Notes: generated from the sequence alone by a model not told the origin. 64,000 bases of DNA from an uncultured Holophagales bacterium (GCA_963844885.1 CAWJQA010000009.1:78125-142124); one strand, 5' to 3'. Shown: positions 8,669 to 19,605, counted from the stretch's first letter. Program-made: numbers and translations.

Positions 8669-10084
8669 TCACCCCTTTAACGTCTCCAGCACCCGATACG
8701 GCATCCCCTCGAAGGAGCCGGACGACATCGTCACGACTACGTCGCCGGCCCGCGCCTCTTCGGTGGCCCGGCGCAGGATGTCGGCGGTGCCGGCGCAGAG
8801 GGTGACGGGGGTGCCGGCGGCGGTGAGCTCCTCGGCGAGGGCTCCGAAGTCGAGACGCTCCTCGTCGCTCAGCCGTCCCGCGTGGAAGGTGGGTGCGAGG
8901 AGGACGCGGTCGGCGCAGGCGAAGGCCTGGCGGTAGGGTTCGTGGAAGAAGCGGCGGCCGGCGGTGAGGCTGCGGGGCTCGAAAAGGACGACCAGGCGCC
9001 GGCCGGGGTAGCGCTGGCGCAGCGCGCCGAGGGTCTTCTCCACGGCCGTCGGGTGGTGGGCGAAGTCGTCGACCACGCTGACGCCGCGGGCGGTGCCCAG
9101 CTCTTCCAGGCGGCGCTTGACGCCGTGGAAGCGGGCGAAGGCGGCGGCCACGTCCGCGGCGGCGAGGCCGTCGCGCCGGGCCGCGGCCCAGACGGCGAGA
9201 GCGTTCGAGACGTTGTGGCCGCCGGCCAGGTTGAGCGAGACTTCCACCATCCCGGCCTCCCCCCCTTCGACATCGCGGACGCGGAAGCGGCTCCCTTCGG
9301 GCGTCGCCTCGATCGACTCCGGATGAAGCTCGTTGGACGGGTCCAGGCCATAGAAGAGGACGCGGCACCGGGCGAGGCCGGCCAGCTCGCGGATCTTGGA
9401 GTCGTCGCCGCAGGCCACCAGCAGACCGTCCTCGGGCAGGAGGCGGAGGAGCTGCGAGTAGGCCTCCCAGAGAACCTCGGGGCTCGGGTAGAGGTCGGCG
9501 TGGTCGTACTCGACGCTGGTGAGGATGAGCGTCTCGGGCATGTAGTGGAGGAACTTGGGCCCGCGGTCGAAGTAGGCGGCGTTGTACTCGTCGCCTTCGA
9601 TCACGAAGCGCTCGCCGAGGCCGTCGTGGAAGCTCGCGGGCAGGTCGCAGGGAGCGCCGCCGATCAGGTAGCCGGGGTCGGCGCCGCAGTCGGCATAGAC
9701 CCAGGCCGCCATCGCGGTGGTCGTGGTCTTGCCGTGCGTGCCGGCGACCACGAGAGGCCGGTGGCGGGAGAGGAAGAAACGGGCCAGCGCCTGCGGCATG
9801 GAGGCGATGGACAGGCCCAGCCGCTCGGCTTCGACCGCCTCCGGATTGTCGCGGCGGATGGCGTTGCCGACGATGACGAGGTCGGGCCGGGGCTCGAGGT
9901 GGGCGGGGTCGTACCCCACCTCGGGCCGGATGCCGGCCCGCTCGAGGAGGGTGCTCATGGGGGGGTAGAGGGGACCGTCGGTCCCCCTCACCCGATGGCC
10001 CTGCTCTTGCAGCAGGCAGGCGAGAGGCGCCATGCCGGTGCCACCGATGGCCATGCAGTAGATGTCGAGTGGAGTGAGCTTCAC
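8669..10084 (-). CDS. mpl: UDP-N-acetylmuramate:L-alanyl-gamma-D-glutamyl-meso-DAP ligase (murein peptide ligase)
   Basis: Mpl-specific YPPMSTLLE motif, GTHGKTTT P-loop and Mur ligase middle and C domains. GTG start at 10084 is assumed; an ATG lies 30 nt further in. Confidence 0.9.
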   Translation of the reverse strand: MKLTPLDIYCMAIGGTGMAPLACLLQEQGHRVRGTDGPLYPPMSTLLERAGIRPEVGYDPAHLEPRPDLVIVGNAIRRDNPEAVEAERLGLSIASMPQALARFFLSRHRPLVVAGTHGKTTTTAMAAWVYADCGADPGYLIGGAPCDLPASFHDGLGERFVIEGDEYNAAYFDRGPKFLHYMPETLILTSVEYDHADLYPSPEVLWEAYSQLLRLLPEDGLLVACGDDSKIRELAGLARCRVLFYGLDPSNELHPESIEATPEGSRFRVRDVEGGEAGMVEVSLNLAGGHNVSNALAVWAAARRDGLAAADVAAAFARFHGVKRRLEELGTARGVSVVDDFAHHPTAVEKTLGALRQRYPGRRLVVLFEPRSLTAGRRFFHEPYRQAFACADRVLLAPTFHAGRLSDEERLDFGALAEELTAAGTPVTLCAGTADILRRATEEARAGDVVVTMSSGSFEGMPYRVLETLKG

Positions 10085-10177
10085 AGGGCTTTTTCTCGTG
10101 GTCTTTCTCGTGTTTTGGGGCGCCAGAGTGTAGCATTGCCGGAGCCGAATCCAACGTATTTCAAAGGAGCTGTCCGC

Positions 10178-11203
10178 ATGAAACGTCACCTCAAGACCGC
10201 CAATCTGGCACTTGGCTGCGCCCTGCTGGTCGCGGCGAGTCTCTTCGCCCAGGGAGCCGCCGGCAAGCCCAAGGCCGTCGCGGCCGAGCCCATCAAGGAC
10301 ATCGGGGTCGTGGCGAAGGGTGAGAAGGCCGTCCACGACTTCGAGATCCGCAACGAAGGGGACGCCCCTCTGCTGATCCAGGAGGTCCGTGCCGCCTGCG
10401 GCTGCACCGTGGCGGACTACGACAACGTGATCGCTCCCGGCCAGAGCGGCAAGGTCCGCGTCTCCGTCGACACGTCCACGTTCAGCGGCGCCATCGCCAA
10501 GGGCGTGACCGTCTTCACGAACGATCCGGCGACGCCGCAGATGGAGCTGACCATCAAGGCGCAGGTCGAGCCGTTCATCAAGGTCAAGCCCGGCTATGCG
10601 CGCTACATCACGGTGCAGGGCGAGGACAAGGAGGGCACCATCGTCCAGACTCTCTGGACGCCGGACGGCTCGCCGATGAAGATCGTCAAGGTCGACTCGC
10701 CGTACCCCTACCTGAAGGTGGAGTTCCACGAGGCGAAGCCGGAGGAGCGGCTCAAGGAGATCGCCGACCAGCCGCAGTGGAAGGTCGAGATGCACCTGTC
10801 GAACGACGCGCCGGTCGGTCCGCTCACGGAGTCCGTGAAGATCTACACCGACAGCGCCAAGCAGAAGCTGGTGCAGGTGCCGGTCTCGGGGTTCGTCCGC
10901 CCGATGGTGGCTGTCACGCCGCAGGTGGCCGACTTCGGCCAGGTCACGGTGTCGGACCCCATCCGCAAGTCGCTCAACGTGCAGAATTTCGCGACGGAGC
11001 CGATCAAGATCACGGGCGTGGAGAGCAGCGTCCAGGGCATCGAGGCCCAGGTCGAGGCCATTCGGGATGGCCGTGAGTACGAGGTCCGGGTGACGCTGAA
11101 GCCGGAGATCGCCAAGGGCCAGTTCAACGGCAAGCTCTCCTTGACGACCGACAGCCCGAAGCTTCCGCGTATCGAGGTCGTGCTGAAAGGTACGGCGATT
11201 TAA
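10178..11203 (+). CDS. Secreted DUF1573-domain protein
   Basis: AAAGGAG RBS 8 nt upstream of ATG 10178. Signal peptide MKRHLKTANLALGCALLVAASLFA, and the ACGCTV motif typical of DUF1573. Confidence 0.8.
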   Translation: MKRHLKTANLALGCALLVAASLFAQGAAGKPKAVAAEPIKDIGVVAKGEKAVHDFEIRNEGDAPLLIQEVRAACGCTVADYDNVIAPGQSGKVRVSVDTSTFSGAIAKGVTVFTNDPATPQMELTIKAQVEPFIKVKPGYARYITVQGEDKEGTIVQTLWTPDGSPMKIVKVDSPYPYLKVEFHEAKPEERLKEIADQPQWKVEMHLSNDAPVGPLTESVKIYTDSAKQKLVQVPVSGFVRPMVAVTPQVADFGQVTVSDPIRKSLNVQNFATEPIKITGVESSVQGIEAQVEAIRDGREYEVRVTLKPEIAKGQFNGKLSLTTDSPKLPRIEVVLKGTAI

Positions 11204-11210
11204 GGGCCCC

Positions 11211-12038
11211 CTACGGCCGCCCCCAGAGGTCTTTCTCCGACTTGGCCGGCGCCTGGCGGCGCCGGCCTCGCGCGAGGATCTCCCGGACTTCTTCCGCCGT
11301 GGGGGCCAGGGCGGCGTCCTGGGCCAGGGCCAGCTCGCGGATGCCCTTGAAGGCAAGGTCGACCAGCGCGTCCATCTCTTCTCTTCGGAAGCTGCGTTTT
11401 TCTCCCGTGCCCTGGATTTCGACGAGCGAGCCGCCGGCGGTGGCGACCACGTTCATGTCAACTTCCGCCACCTGATCCTCCACGTACTCCAGGTCGAGCA
11501 GGGGCACTCCGCGCACGATGCCCACGGACACGGCGGCGAGCTGGTCGGTGATGGGCCACTCGGAGATGTCGCCGGTGAGCAGGAGGCGTCCGAGCGCCAG
11601 GCTTGCGGCCACGAAGGCGCCGGTGACGGCGGCGGTGCGGGTGCCGCCGTCGGCCTGGAGCACGTCGCAGTCGAGGGTCAGGGTGCGGTCGGGCATCTTG
11701 GTCGTGTCGATGACGGCGCGCAGGCTGCGGCCGATCAGGCGCTGGATCTCGGCCGTGCGGCCGGACGGCCGGCCCTGCGAGACCTCGCGGGCGCTGCGGG
11801 TGTGGGTGGCCCGCGGCAGCATCGAGTATTCGGCGGTGACCCAGCCCTGGCCTTTGTCCTTGAGGAACGGCGGCACGCGGTTTTCCACGCTGGCCGCGAC
11901 CAGGACCCGGGTATCCCCGATCTCGATCAGCACCGATCCTTCGGCGAACTTGAGGGCTCCGGTCTGGAGGCGGACGGGCCGGAGGGAGTCGGCGGAGCGG
12001 CCGTCGGGGCGGCGGGCGGTGAGGGGTGTTTCAGTCAT
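11211..12038 (-). CDS. rph: Ribonuclease PH
   Basis: Full-length match to the RNase PH pattern ([34 protein letters not shown]). Confidence 0.95.
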   Translation of the reverse strand: MTETPLTARRPDGRSADSLRPVRLQTGALKFAEGSVLIEIGDTRVLVAASVENRVPPFLKDKGQGWVTAEYSMLPRATHTRSAREVSQGRPSGRTAEIQRLIGRSLRAVIDTTKMPDRTLTLDCDVLQADGGTRTAAVTGAFVAASLALGRLLLTGDISEWPITDQLAAVSVGIVRGVPLLDLEYVEDQVAEVDMNVVATAGGSLVEIQGTGEKRSFRREEMDALVDLAFKGIRELALAQDAALAPTAEEVREILARGRRRQAPAKSEKDLWGRP

Positions 12039-12106
12039 GCGCGCATTCTAGTGCGGTTCCGCTCATCCGAGAGGAAGAGACGCGCTCTGCTAGAATCCCC
12101 GACCCG

Positions 12107-13147
12107 ATGACGGCTTCCACCACCGGCCCCGGCAGCCTCCTCGACCGCCTGCGGGAACGGGCAAGCCGGGTCGCGGCCACGATCGTGCTCGCCGAGGGCG
12201 AGGACCCGCGCGTTCTGGCCGCCGCCGAGCGCGCCGCGGCCTCGGGTCTCTGCCGGGTGAATGTCGTGGGCCGGCGCGAGGAGGTGGCGCGGGTCGCCGC
12301 CGCCGCCGGCCTCACGCTGACGGTCCCGGTGCTCGAGCCGATCGCGGAGCCCGACCTTCCCCATCTGGCCTTGCGCCTGGCCGAGCGCCTCGCGGCCCGC
12401 GGGCTCGACCCGGCCGAGGCCGGCAGCCTGGCGCTCGATCCGCTCTATTACGCGGCGTTGCGGGTCGCCTCCCGGCGCGCCGACGGCGCGGTCATGGGCG
12501 CGGTGGCGACGACGGCCGAGACGATGCGCGCCGCCTTACGGGTGATCGGCCCGCGGCCCGGCCTCAAGATCGTCTCCTCCTGCTTCCTCATGGTGCTGCC
12601 GGACGACCGCGGTGGCCGAGCGCTCGTCTACAGCGACTGCGGCGTCGTCCCGGATCCGAATCCCGAGGAGCTGGCCGACATCGCGGAGGCCGCCGCGGCG
12701 AGCTGCCGCACGCTTCTCGACGAGGAGCCGCGGGTGGCGCTGCTCTCGTTCTCGACGCACGGCAGCGCGCGCCACCCCCGGGCCGAGAAGGTCCGGCTGG
12801 CCCTGGAGGTGCTGCGGCGGCGCGGCGTCGATTTCGAGGTGGACGGCGAGCTGCAGGCCGACGCCGCCCTGGTGCCGGACGTGGCGCGGCGCAAGGCGCC
12901 CGGCAGCCCGGTGGCCGGACGCGCGAACGTCCTCGTCTTTCCGGATCTGGACGCCGGCAATATTTCCTACAAGCTGACCGAACGGCTGGCCGGCGCGCGG
13001 GCGGTGGGTCCGCTCCTGCAAGGCCTCGACCGTCCGATCAACGATCTTTCGCGGGGGTGCTCGGTGGAGGACATCATGGACGCGATGGCGGTGACGGCTC
13101 TCTCCAGTCTCTCCAATCTCGCGACGCTCGAAAGGCAGGCGCCGTGA
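12107..13147 (+). CDS. pta: Phosphate acetyltransferase (PTA_PTB domain)
   Basis: ATG at 12107. Motifs [20 protein letters not shown] and RGCSVEDI. Confidence 0.85.
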   Translation: MTASTTGPGSLLDRLRERASRVAATIVLAEGEDPRVLAAAERAAASGLCRVNVVGRREEVARVAAAAGLTLTVPVLEPIAEPDLPHLALRLAERLAARGLDPAEAGSLALDPLYYAALRVASRRADGAVMGAVATTAETMRAALRVIGPRPGLKIVSSCFLMVLPDDRGGRALVYSDCGVVPDPNPEELADIAEAAAASCRTLLDEEPRVALLSFSTHGSARHPRAEKVRLALEVLRRRGVDFEVDGELQADAALVPDVARRKAPGSPVAGRANVLVFPDLDAGNISYKLTERLAGARAVGPLLQGLDRPINDLSRGCSVEDIMDAMAVTALSSLSNLATLERQAP

Positions 13148-14450
13148 AGGTGCTGGTGGTAGGCGGCGGCGGACGCGAGCACGCCCTCTGCTGGAAGCTG
13201 CGGCAGAGCCCGCTCCTGACCGAGCTGTACTGCGCGCCGGGCAACCCCGGCATCGCGCAGGTGGCCGACCTGGTGCCCATCTCCGTCGACGAGGTCCAGC
13301 GCCTGGCCGACTTCGCCACCGAGATGAAGATCGATTTGACCGTGGTCGGCCCCGAGCTGCCGCTCACGCTCGGCCTCGTGGACGAGCTGACGGCGCGCGG
13401 CTTGCCGGCGTTCGGCCCGACCGCGCGCGCCGCGGAGCTGGAGGGAAGCAAGACCTTCTCCAAGGAGCTCATGGTGCGGCACGGCATCCCGACCGCGCCG
13501 TTCGCCGTGGTCCACGACGCCGCGCAAGCCCGCGAGGCCCGCGGCGCGGTTCGGTTGCCGGTCGTCCTCAAGGCCGACGGGCTCGCCGCCGGCAAGGGGG
13601 TGGTCATCGCGCGCGGACGCGGCTGAGTCGACGCGGCGGTGCGCGACCTGTTCGAGGACCGTCGATTCGGCACGAGCGGCGACCGGGCTGTCGTCGAGGC
13701 GTTCCTGGAGGGCGAGGAGGTCTCGTTCATGGCGCTCTCGGACGGCGAGCGCGTCCTGCCCCTGGCGACCGCGCAAGGACTACAAGCGGATCGGCGACGG
13801 CGACACCGGTCCGAACACCGGCGGCATGGGCGCCCACAGCCCGGCCGGGGTGATGTCCGCCGAGGCCGCGGCCGAGGTGCTGGAAGACGGTCATCCACCC
13901 GGCGGTCGGCGGCGATGGCCGCCGAGGGCCGGCCGTTCATCGGCGTGCTCTACGCCGGCCTGATGCTGACCGCCGGACGGTCCGCGCGTCCTCGAGTTCA
14001 ACGCCCGCTTCGGCGACCCCGAGGCCAGGCGATCCTGCTGCGCCTGGAGGACGACCTCCTCGACGTGCTTGCGGCGGGCGCCCGCGGGCGAATTCGGGGT
14101 CCGCCGCCTCTCGTTCCGCAAGGAGGCGTCGGCCTGCATCGTCCTGGCGAGCCCCGGGTATCCGGGCCGGCCGGTGCACCGGCGAGCCGATCCGGAACCT
14201 GGAGCGCGCCGCGGCGGCGGAAGGGGTGGAGATCTTCCATTCGGGCACAGCGATGTCGGAGGCGGGAGAGCTGGTCAGCGCGGGCGGCCGGGTGCTCACC
14301 GTCTGCGCCACCGGCCCCGACCTGGCGGCGGCCCTGCACAAAGCCTATGCCGCCGCCGACCAGATCGACTGGCCCGGAAAGGTCTACCGGCGCGACATCG
14401 GGCACCGGGTACTGGAGACGGTGGAGAGAGCGCGCACAGCGGGATCGTGA
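13144..14450 (+). pseudogene. purD: Phosphoribosylamine-glycine ligase, frame-disrupted (at least 7 frame changes plus one in-frame TGA); may be an assembly artefact
   Basis: GTG 13144 overlaps the pta stop. PurD segments (VLVVGGGGREHAL; [18 protein letters not shown]; EFNARFGDPE; SAGGRVLTV) can only be read by hopping frames near 13777, 13886, 13910, 13976, 14022, 14087 and 14181. There is a TGA at 13624-13626. Confidence 0.7.
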
Positions 14451-14534
14451 TAACGTCACTCCCGATTTCCCCCGGGGATCTGGTATCCATCGTGCATCAG
14501 GCTGCAACACTGCCGCAAGGCTTGGAAGGGAACC

Positions 14535-15267
14535 ATGAGTGGCTGTAACGGTTGCGCGTTCAAGGGGATGTCGACGGCTGTCGAAGAGGCCTTCGTCGGC
14601 GTCCGGTTCCGGGAGGAGACGAACCTGACGCTGTGCAGGACGGGCGGGACGATCTTCGCCCGCGGCGCGCGGGTGGTCGTGGACCTGGAAGCGGGCCCGG
14701 CGCTCGGCCACGTCGAGCAGTCGCCGATGCCGGTCTTCAAGCCGTGCCAGAAGTCGAGCGCGCGGCCGGTGCTGCGCGCGCGCCGACGACGCCGACATGG
14801 CCGCCTACGACCGGCAGCGCCAGAGCGAGATGGCCGGCAAGCTCTTCGCGCAGGAGCGGGCGCGCTCCCTCGGCCTGGACATGAAGATCTCGCTGGTCGA
14901 CTTCTCCCTGAGCGGCAAGAAGGCCACCTTCTACTTCACGTCGGACGGCCGGGTGGACTTCCGGCAGCTCGTGCGCGACCTGTCGAGCCGTTTCTCGGTG
15001 CGGGTGAAGATGGTGCAGGTCGGAGCGCGGGACGAAGCCGGCCTGGTCGGCGGCCTCGGCGTCTGCGGTCGCACCCTCTGCTGCTCGAGCTGGCTCAAGG
15101 ATTTCCGGCCGATCTCGATCCAGATGGCCAAGCGGCAGAACCTGAGCCTGAACCCGTCCAAGATCTCGGGTCAGTGCGGGCGGCTCCTCTGCTGCCTGGC
15201 CTACGAGGACGACAACTACAAAAGCAACAAGGGCCAGGACCGGGCGGCGTCACCGTCTCCCGCTTGA
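14535..15267 (+). pseudogene. PSP1-domain protein (YaaT/RicT-like), one frame change near 14780
   Basis: The C-terminal part carries PSP1 hallmarks ([38 protein letters not shown]). The N-terminal part is in another frame, with the junction in a GCGCGCGCC run. Confidence 0.65.
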
Positions 15268-15277
15268 GGCTGATCCG

Positions 15278-15636
15278 ATGGACCCAAACATGGCGAACCG
15301 AAAGCTGATCCGGCCCGATATGAACGAGCTCAAGAAGGAGCTCCCCGCGCGTAGCGTGCGCCGCAAGCAGAGCCCGCCCGAGCAGACCAACGCCGAGGAG
15401 TTCTACTACCTCAAGCAGATGGCGTCGAAGACTCCGATGGTGGTGGTCCTGACCGACGGCGAGGAGCTGCGCGGGTGGATCGAGTGGTACGACAAGGGGG
15501 CGCATCAAGCTGAACCGCCATGTCGGCCCCAACCTGCTGATCCAGAAGCACTTCATCCGCTATATGTTCAAGGAGGAGGAGCGTCAAGCGGCGGCGTGGC
15601 AAGCGGGTGGTGGAGAGCGACGTCGACCGCGACTGA
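15278..15636 (+). pseudogene. Sm-fold Hfq-like protein, two frame changes (about 15498 and 15578)
   Basis: [32 protein letters not shown] continues as [22 protein letters not shown] in the next frame (Hfq-like Sm1/Sm2 pattern). The first junction is in a G5 run. Confidence 0.55.
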
Positions 15637-15644
15637 CCCGGGTC

Positions 15645-16722
15645 ATGGCTCGTCCCCGCCTCGCGCTCACCCAGGGCGATCCGGCCGGGATCGGCCCCGA
15701 GATCCTGCTCAAGCTCCTGGCTTCGACTCCTGAAGACTGGCGGCCTCTCCTGGTCGCCGAGCGGGCGGCGCTGGAGGCGCTCCGCCCGTCCCTCCCCGGC
15801 TTCCCCTGGGACCGCCTGCGGTATTTCACCGGACCCGAGATCGAGGAAGGCGATTTCATCCCCGATAGCGATTCCCGTGCTCGATCCGGTCGGCGACCGG
15901 CGCACGATCTCGCTCGGCACGTCCGGTCCGGCGGACGCGGCCGGCGCCATGGCCGCGCTGGACGCCGGCATCGCGCTGGTTCGATCCGGCGCGGCCGATG
16001 CCCTGGTCACCGCGCCGGTGAGCAAGGAGTCGATCGCCCGCCACGTGCTGCCCGGCTTCAAGGGGCATACCGATTATCTGGCCGAGGCCTGCGGCCTGGA
16101 GCGCTACGGCCGCGACTACTTGATGGCCTTCCTGGCGCCGGAGCTCCAGGTGGCGCTCCTCACCGTCCACCTGCCGCTGCGGGAGGCGCTGGACGAGGTT
16201 CGCGGCGACACGATCGCCGAGGCGCTCGACTGTCTCCACCGCCATGCGGGAGGGAAGATCGCCCTGGCCGGCCTGAACCCGCACGCCGGAGAGGGCGGCC
16301 TGCTCGGCGAGGAGGACGGCCGCATCCTGGCGCCCGCCGTGGCCGCGGCAAGGGCGAGGGGCATCGACGTCCATGGTCCCGAGAGCGCCGATTCGCTCTT
16401 CGCTCGCGCCCGCCGCGGTGAATTCGACTGGGTCCTCGCCCTCTACCACGATCAAGGGCTGATCGCGGTGAAGACCTCCTCCTTCGGGCTGGCCACGAAC
16501 TGGACCCTGGGCCTGCCCTTCCTCAGAACCTCGGTCGACCACGGCACCGCCTTCGCCCTGGCCGGCAAGGGAGTCGCCGATGAAAAACCGCTGGCGGAGG
16601 TGGTGGAGACGACCCTGGGGCTGATCGCGGGCCGGCTGCCTAGGAAGCGCCCTCACCCCCCGGCCCCCTCTCCCGGTCCGCCCAAGCACACCCGCCCCGG
16701 GAGAGGGGGAGACTTGCTTTAA
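15645..16722 (+). pseudogene. pdxA: 4-hydroxythreonine-4-phosphate dehydrogenase, one frame change near 15866; the C-terminal tail is encoded by a REP element
   Basis: The N-terminus [20 protein letters not shown] is in frame 0. The rest (GLNPHAGEGG, YHDQGL, RTSVDHGTAF) is in frame 1, with the junction in a C4 run. The last ~24 codons read through repeat type A. Confidence 0.75.
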
Positions 16723-16794
16723 GGGTTACTCCCCCCTCGCCCGGGGCGGGGGACTCGGGTGGACCGGGAGAGGGGGGTCAGGGGGGGTGAGGGC
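16649..16794. repeat. REP/MITE-like element type A: two inverted copies between convergent genes
   Basis: 16649-16713 and the reverse complement of 16729-16794 align (CCCTCACCCCCC..CCCCCTCTCCCGG..CCGGGAGAGGGGG). Each copy has a 13-bp internal stem. The element ends exactly at the stop codon of the gene at 16795. Confidence 0.85.
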
Positions 16795-18270
16795 CTACGA
16801 CGCTCCCCGACCCGTGATCACCACCGGGATCGTCTTCAGCAGGATCTTCAGGTCCAGCATCGGCGACCAGGAGTCGATGTACTCCAGGTCGAGCTGCATC
16901 CAGCGGTCGAAGTCGATGTTGTTCCGGCCGCTGATCTGCCACAGGCAGGTGAGCCCGGGCTTCATGGCGAGGCGGCGGCGCTGCCAGCGCTGATACTGGG
17001 CGACCTCCTCGGGGATCGGCGGACGGGGGCCGACCAGGCTCATGTCGCCGCGCAGCACGTTCCAGAGCTGCGGCAGCTCGTCCAGGCTGAAGCGGCGGAG
17101 GAACCGGCCCAGGAGCGTCACCCGCGGATCGCTCTTCAGCTTGAACACCGGCCCCTTCATCTCGTTGAGGTGCATCAGCTCGCGGCGCCGCTCCTCGGCG
17201 TCCTCCACCATCGTGCGGAACTTGTACAGCGTGAAGAAGCGGCCGTTGAGACCGCAGCGGGTCTGGCGGAAGAGCACCGTGCCGCCCGAGGTGACCTTGA
17301 TCAACAGCCCGATCATCGTCACCACCGGCAGGCCGATCAGCAGCAGGAACGAGGCGAGCGCCACGTCCAGCGCCCGCTTCGCCATGAGCTGGAGCTGGCT
17401 CGTCGGCGTCGTGGCGAAAGACAAGAGCGGCATGCCGTCCAGATCCTCCATCTCGACCCGCGCCAGCGTGTGGGGGAAGAGATCGAGCGCGAAGCGGGTG
17501 CGGATCCCCTGCTCCTGGAGGCTGAGGAAGAGATCCTCCAGCCGGTCGAGCTCGCGGCGATGAACCGCGAAGATCACGTCGTCCACCACGTTGCTCTCGA
17601 CGATGCGCGGGATGTCCTCCACCTGGCCGAGCAGCGGATAGCGCCCCGTCCACGGCTCGCCAGGAAGATGACCGTTGCCCCCGCTCCCGGTACCCGTGTC
17701 GATGAACCCGAGCACCCGGAAGCCCCAGAAGCGGTGGACGCGGATCGACTCCGCGATGCGGTGGGCTGTCGGGCCCGTGCCCACGATCAGCACCGCCCGG
17801 TAGTTGTATCCGTGCGCCCGGACATAGCGGGCGGTCGTGCGCACCGCCAGCTTCTCCGTCAGCAGGAACAGGCAGGCGAACCCGGCGAACAGGAACACCC
17901 AGAAGCGGCTGATCCGGTCGTTCCCGAGCAGGTGCTCGTCCACCCGGGCGATGTAGAGGATCAGCGTGAAGATCACCGCGCCCGACAGGCAGACCCGGAG
18001 GATGGCCCAGGCCTCGTCGAGGATCGGCACCGTCCGGTGCGAGCGGTAGCGGCCGGACGACAGCAGCAGCCCGCCCCAGATCGCCAGCGCCAGCGGCAGC
18101 AGCGGCAGGTACTCGGACAACGGGTACAGGCGGCTCGGGAACGTTCCCGGGGCCAGCCAGGGCAGGAACCAGCTCCGCACCGCGAACGCCGTGAGAAACG
18201 CGGCGGCGACAAGAGCGAGATCCAGCAGGAAGATACCAACCGCGAGGATCCGGGCTCGTTCTTTCAGCAT
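16795..18270 (-). CDS. Polyprenyl-phosphate glycosyl-1-phosphate transferase (bacterial sugar transferase, WcaJ/EpsB-like priming enzyme)
   Basis: 491 aa with N-terminal TM helices and a C-terminal sugar-transferase domain (KRALDVALA, LYKFRTM, DELPQLWNVLRGDMSLVGPRP). Confidence 0.9.
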   Translation of the reverse strand: MLKERARILAVGIFLLDLALVAAAFLTAFAVRSWFLPWLAPGTFPSRLYPLSEYLPLLPLALAIWGGLLLSSGRYRSHRTVPILDEAWAILRVCLSGAVIFTLILYIARVDEHLLGNDRISRFWVFLFAGFACLFLLTEKLAVRTTARYVRAHGYNYRAVLIVGTGPTAHRIAESIRVHRFWGFRVLGFIDTGTGSGGNGHLPGEPWTGRYPLLGQVEDIPRIVESNVVDDVIFAVHRRELDRLEDLFLSLQEQGIRTRFALDLFPHTLARVEMEDLDGMPLLSFATTPTSQLQLMAKRALDVALASFLLLIGLPVVTMIGLLIKVTSGGTVLFRQTRCGLNGRFFTLYKFRTMVEDAEERRRELMHLNEMKGPVFKLKSDPRVTLLGRFLRRFSLDELPQLWNVLRGDMSLVGPRPPIPEEVAQYQRWQRRRLAMKPGLTCLWQISGRNNIDFDRWMQLDLEYIDSWSPMLDLKILLKTIPVVITGRGAS

Positions 18271-18343
18271 GGAATAGGGAGTTCTCTCCGGAGCGGTTTC
18301 ATCATGCCGCTCGCTATTCTAACGTGCGACAGGCGAGTTGCAT

Positions 18344-19489
18344 CTAGGGTTCCCCGTTATTTTCATGGTGAATCATACTTTGGAAGAGATCGGCATACCG
18401 GTCGGCGACCCTTTCCCAGGAGTAGAGGAGGGCCGCCCGGCGGGCCGCCGCCCGCCCGCGGGCCGCGGCCCGGCCCGGCTGGAGGCGCACCCGCTCGACC
18501 TGCTCGGCGAGCGAGGCAGGGGCCGCGGCCTTGAAATAGAGGCCCACGCCGCCGGCCACCTCCCGGTTCTCCGGCGTGTCGTTGACGATCACGCAGTTGC
18601 CGTAGCCCATGGCTTCGACCAGCGCCGGATGGGTCCCGCCCACCTCGGTCGCATGGATATAGGCCCGTGCATGCAAAAGAAGCTCCCGGTAGCCCTCGCC
18701 GTAGATGGGTCCGGGGAAGAGGATGCGCGGGTCCGCCCCCTCCGTGAAGCCGCGGATGAACGAACCGGCGTACGGGGCGCCGCCGACCATCACCAGCGGC
18801 AGGTCGCCGCCGGCCAGGCGGTACGCCTCGGCCACCCGGTGCGGGTTGTTCTCCGGCTCGAACCGGCTGACATAGAGGAAGTAGCCGCGGTGGGTCAGGC
18901 CCAGCCGCTTCAGGACAGTTTCCTCGGTGGGAGGACGCTCCGCGGGCGGATGCGGCTCGACCCCATAGGAGATCGAGACCGACTCCGCACCGTAGCGGTC
19001 CAGATAGTGCCGGCGGATGACCTCCGCGTCGGTCACCAGGACGTCCGGCAGCACGCAGGCGAGCCGTTCGGACAGCGCGTACACGAAGCGGCCGACCGGC
19101 CCCCACTTGGCGCGCCGCTTCTCGATCCCGTCCACGTGGAGCGCCACCGGGATGCCGCCGAGCCGCAGCAGCGGCACGAAGACCGCGTTCGCGGAGTTGA
19201 CCACCAGCGCCGCGTCGAACCCCGTCCGCGCCGCATGCAGGCAGGAGAGAAAGGTATGGACCGGCGTGTCCAGATACTTGCTCCGGATCGTGGGCAGGAC
19301 GACCAGCTCGGCGCCGCGATACTCCTTCAAGGAGCGCGGCGTCGAGTGGGACCGGCAGTAGACGGTGACCCGGAACCCGCGGGCCACGAGCCGCGCCGCC
19401 AGCTCCTCCATCAGGGTCTCGTAGCCGCCGTAGCGGTTCGGGATGCCGCGGCTGCCGATCAGGGCGATTCTCGGGGGAGGTGGATGCAT
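18344..19489 (-). CDS. GT-B fold glycosyltransferase (GT4, DUF1972-type N-terminus)
   Basis: ATG at 19489. IALIGSRGIPNRYGGYETLMEEL N-terminus and a C-terminal GT1/GT4 EGFGL-like region (EVGGTHPALVEAMGYG). Confidence 0.85.
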   Translation of the reverse strand: MHPPPPRIALIGSRGIPNRYGGYETLMEELAARLVARGFRVTVYCRSHSTPRSLKEYRGAELVVLPTIRSKYLDTPVHTFLSCLHAARTGFDAALVVNSANAVFVPLLRLGGIPVALHVDGIEKRRAKWGPVGRFVYALSERLACVLPDVLVTDAEVIRRHYLDRYGAESVSISYGVEPHPPAERPPTEETVLKRLGLTHRGYFLYVSRFEPENNPHRVAEAYRLAGGDLPLVMVGGAPYAGSFIRGFTEGADPRILFPGPIYGEGYRELLLHARAYIHATEVGGTHPALVEAMGYGNCVIVNDTPENREVAGGVGLYFKAAAPASLAEQVERVRLQPGRAAARGRAAARRAALLYSWERVADRYADLFQSMIHHENNGEP

Positions 19490-19605
19490 GCGCGGGAAGG
19501 TTATACGCAGCAGGCCGCCATGGGAAATCGCGGAACGGTGTCCGTCCATTCCTCTGTCGCCGTCCGGCGGAAGCCTTCCGCCATCGGATCGAAAGGAGAC
19601 ACGCG

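Noticed and set aside
13624-13626. In-frame TGA in purD as a selenocysteine codon
   Set aside because: The position is not a conserved Cys/Sec site in PurD. The gene carries many other frame lesions nearby, so a lesion or sequence error is far more likely.
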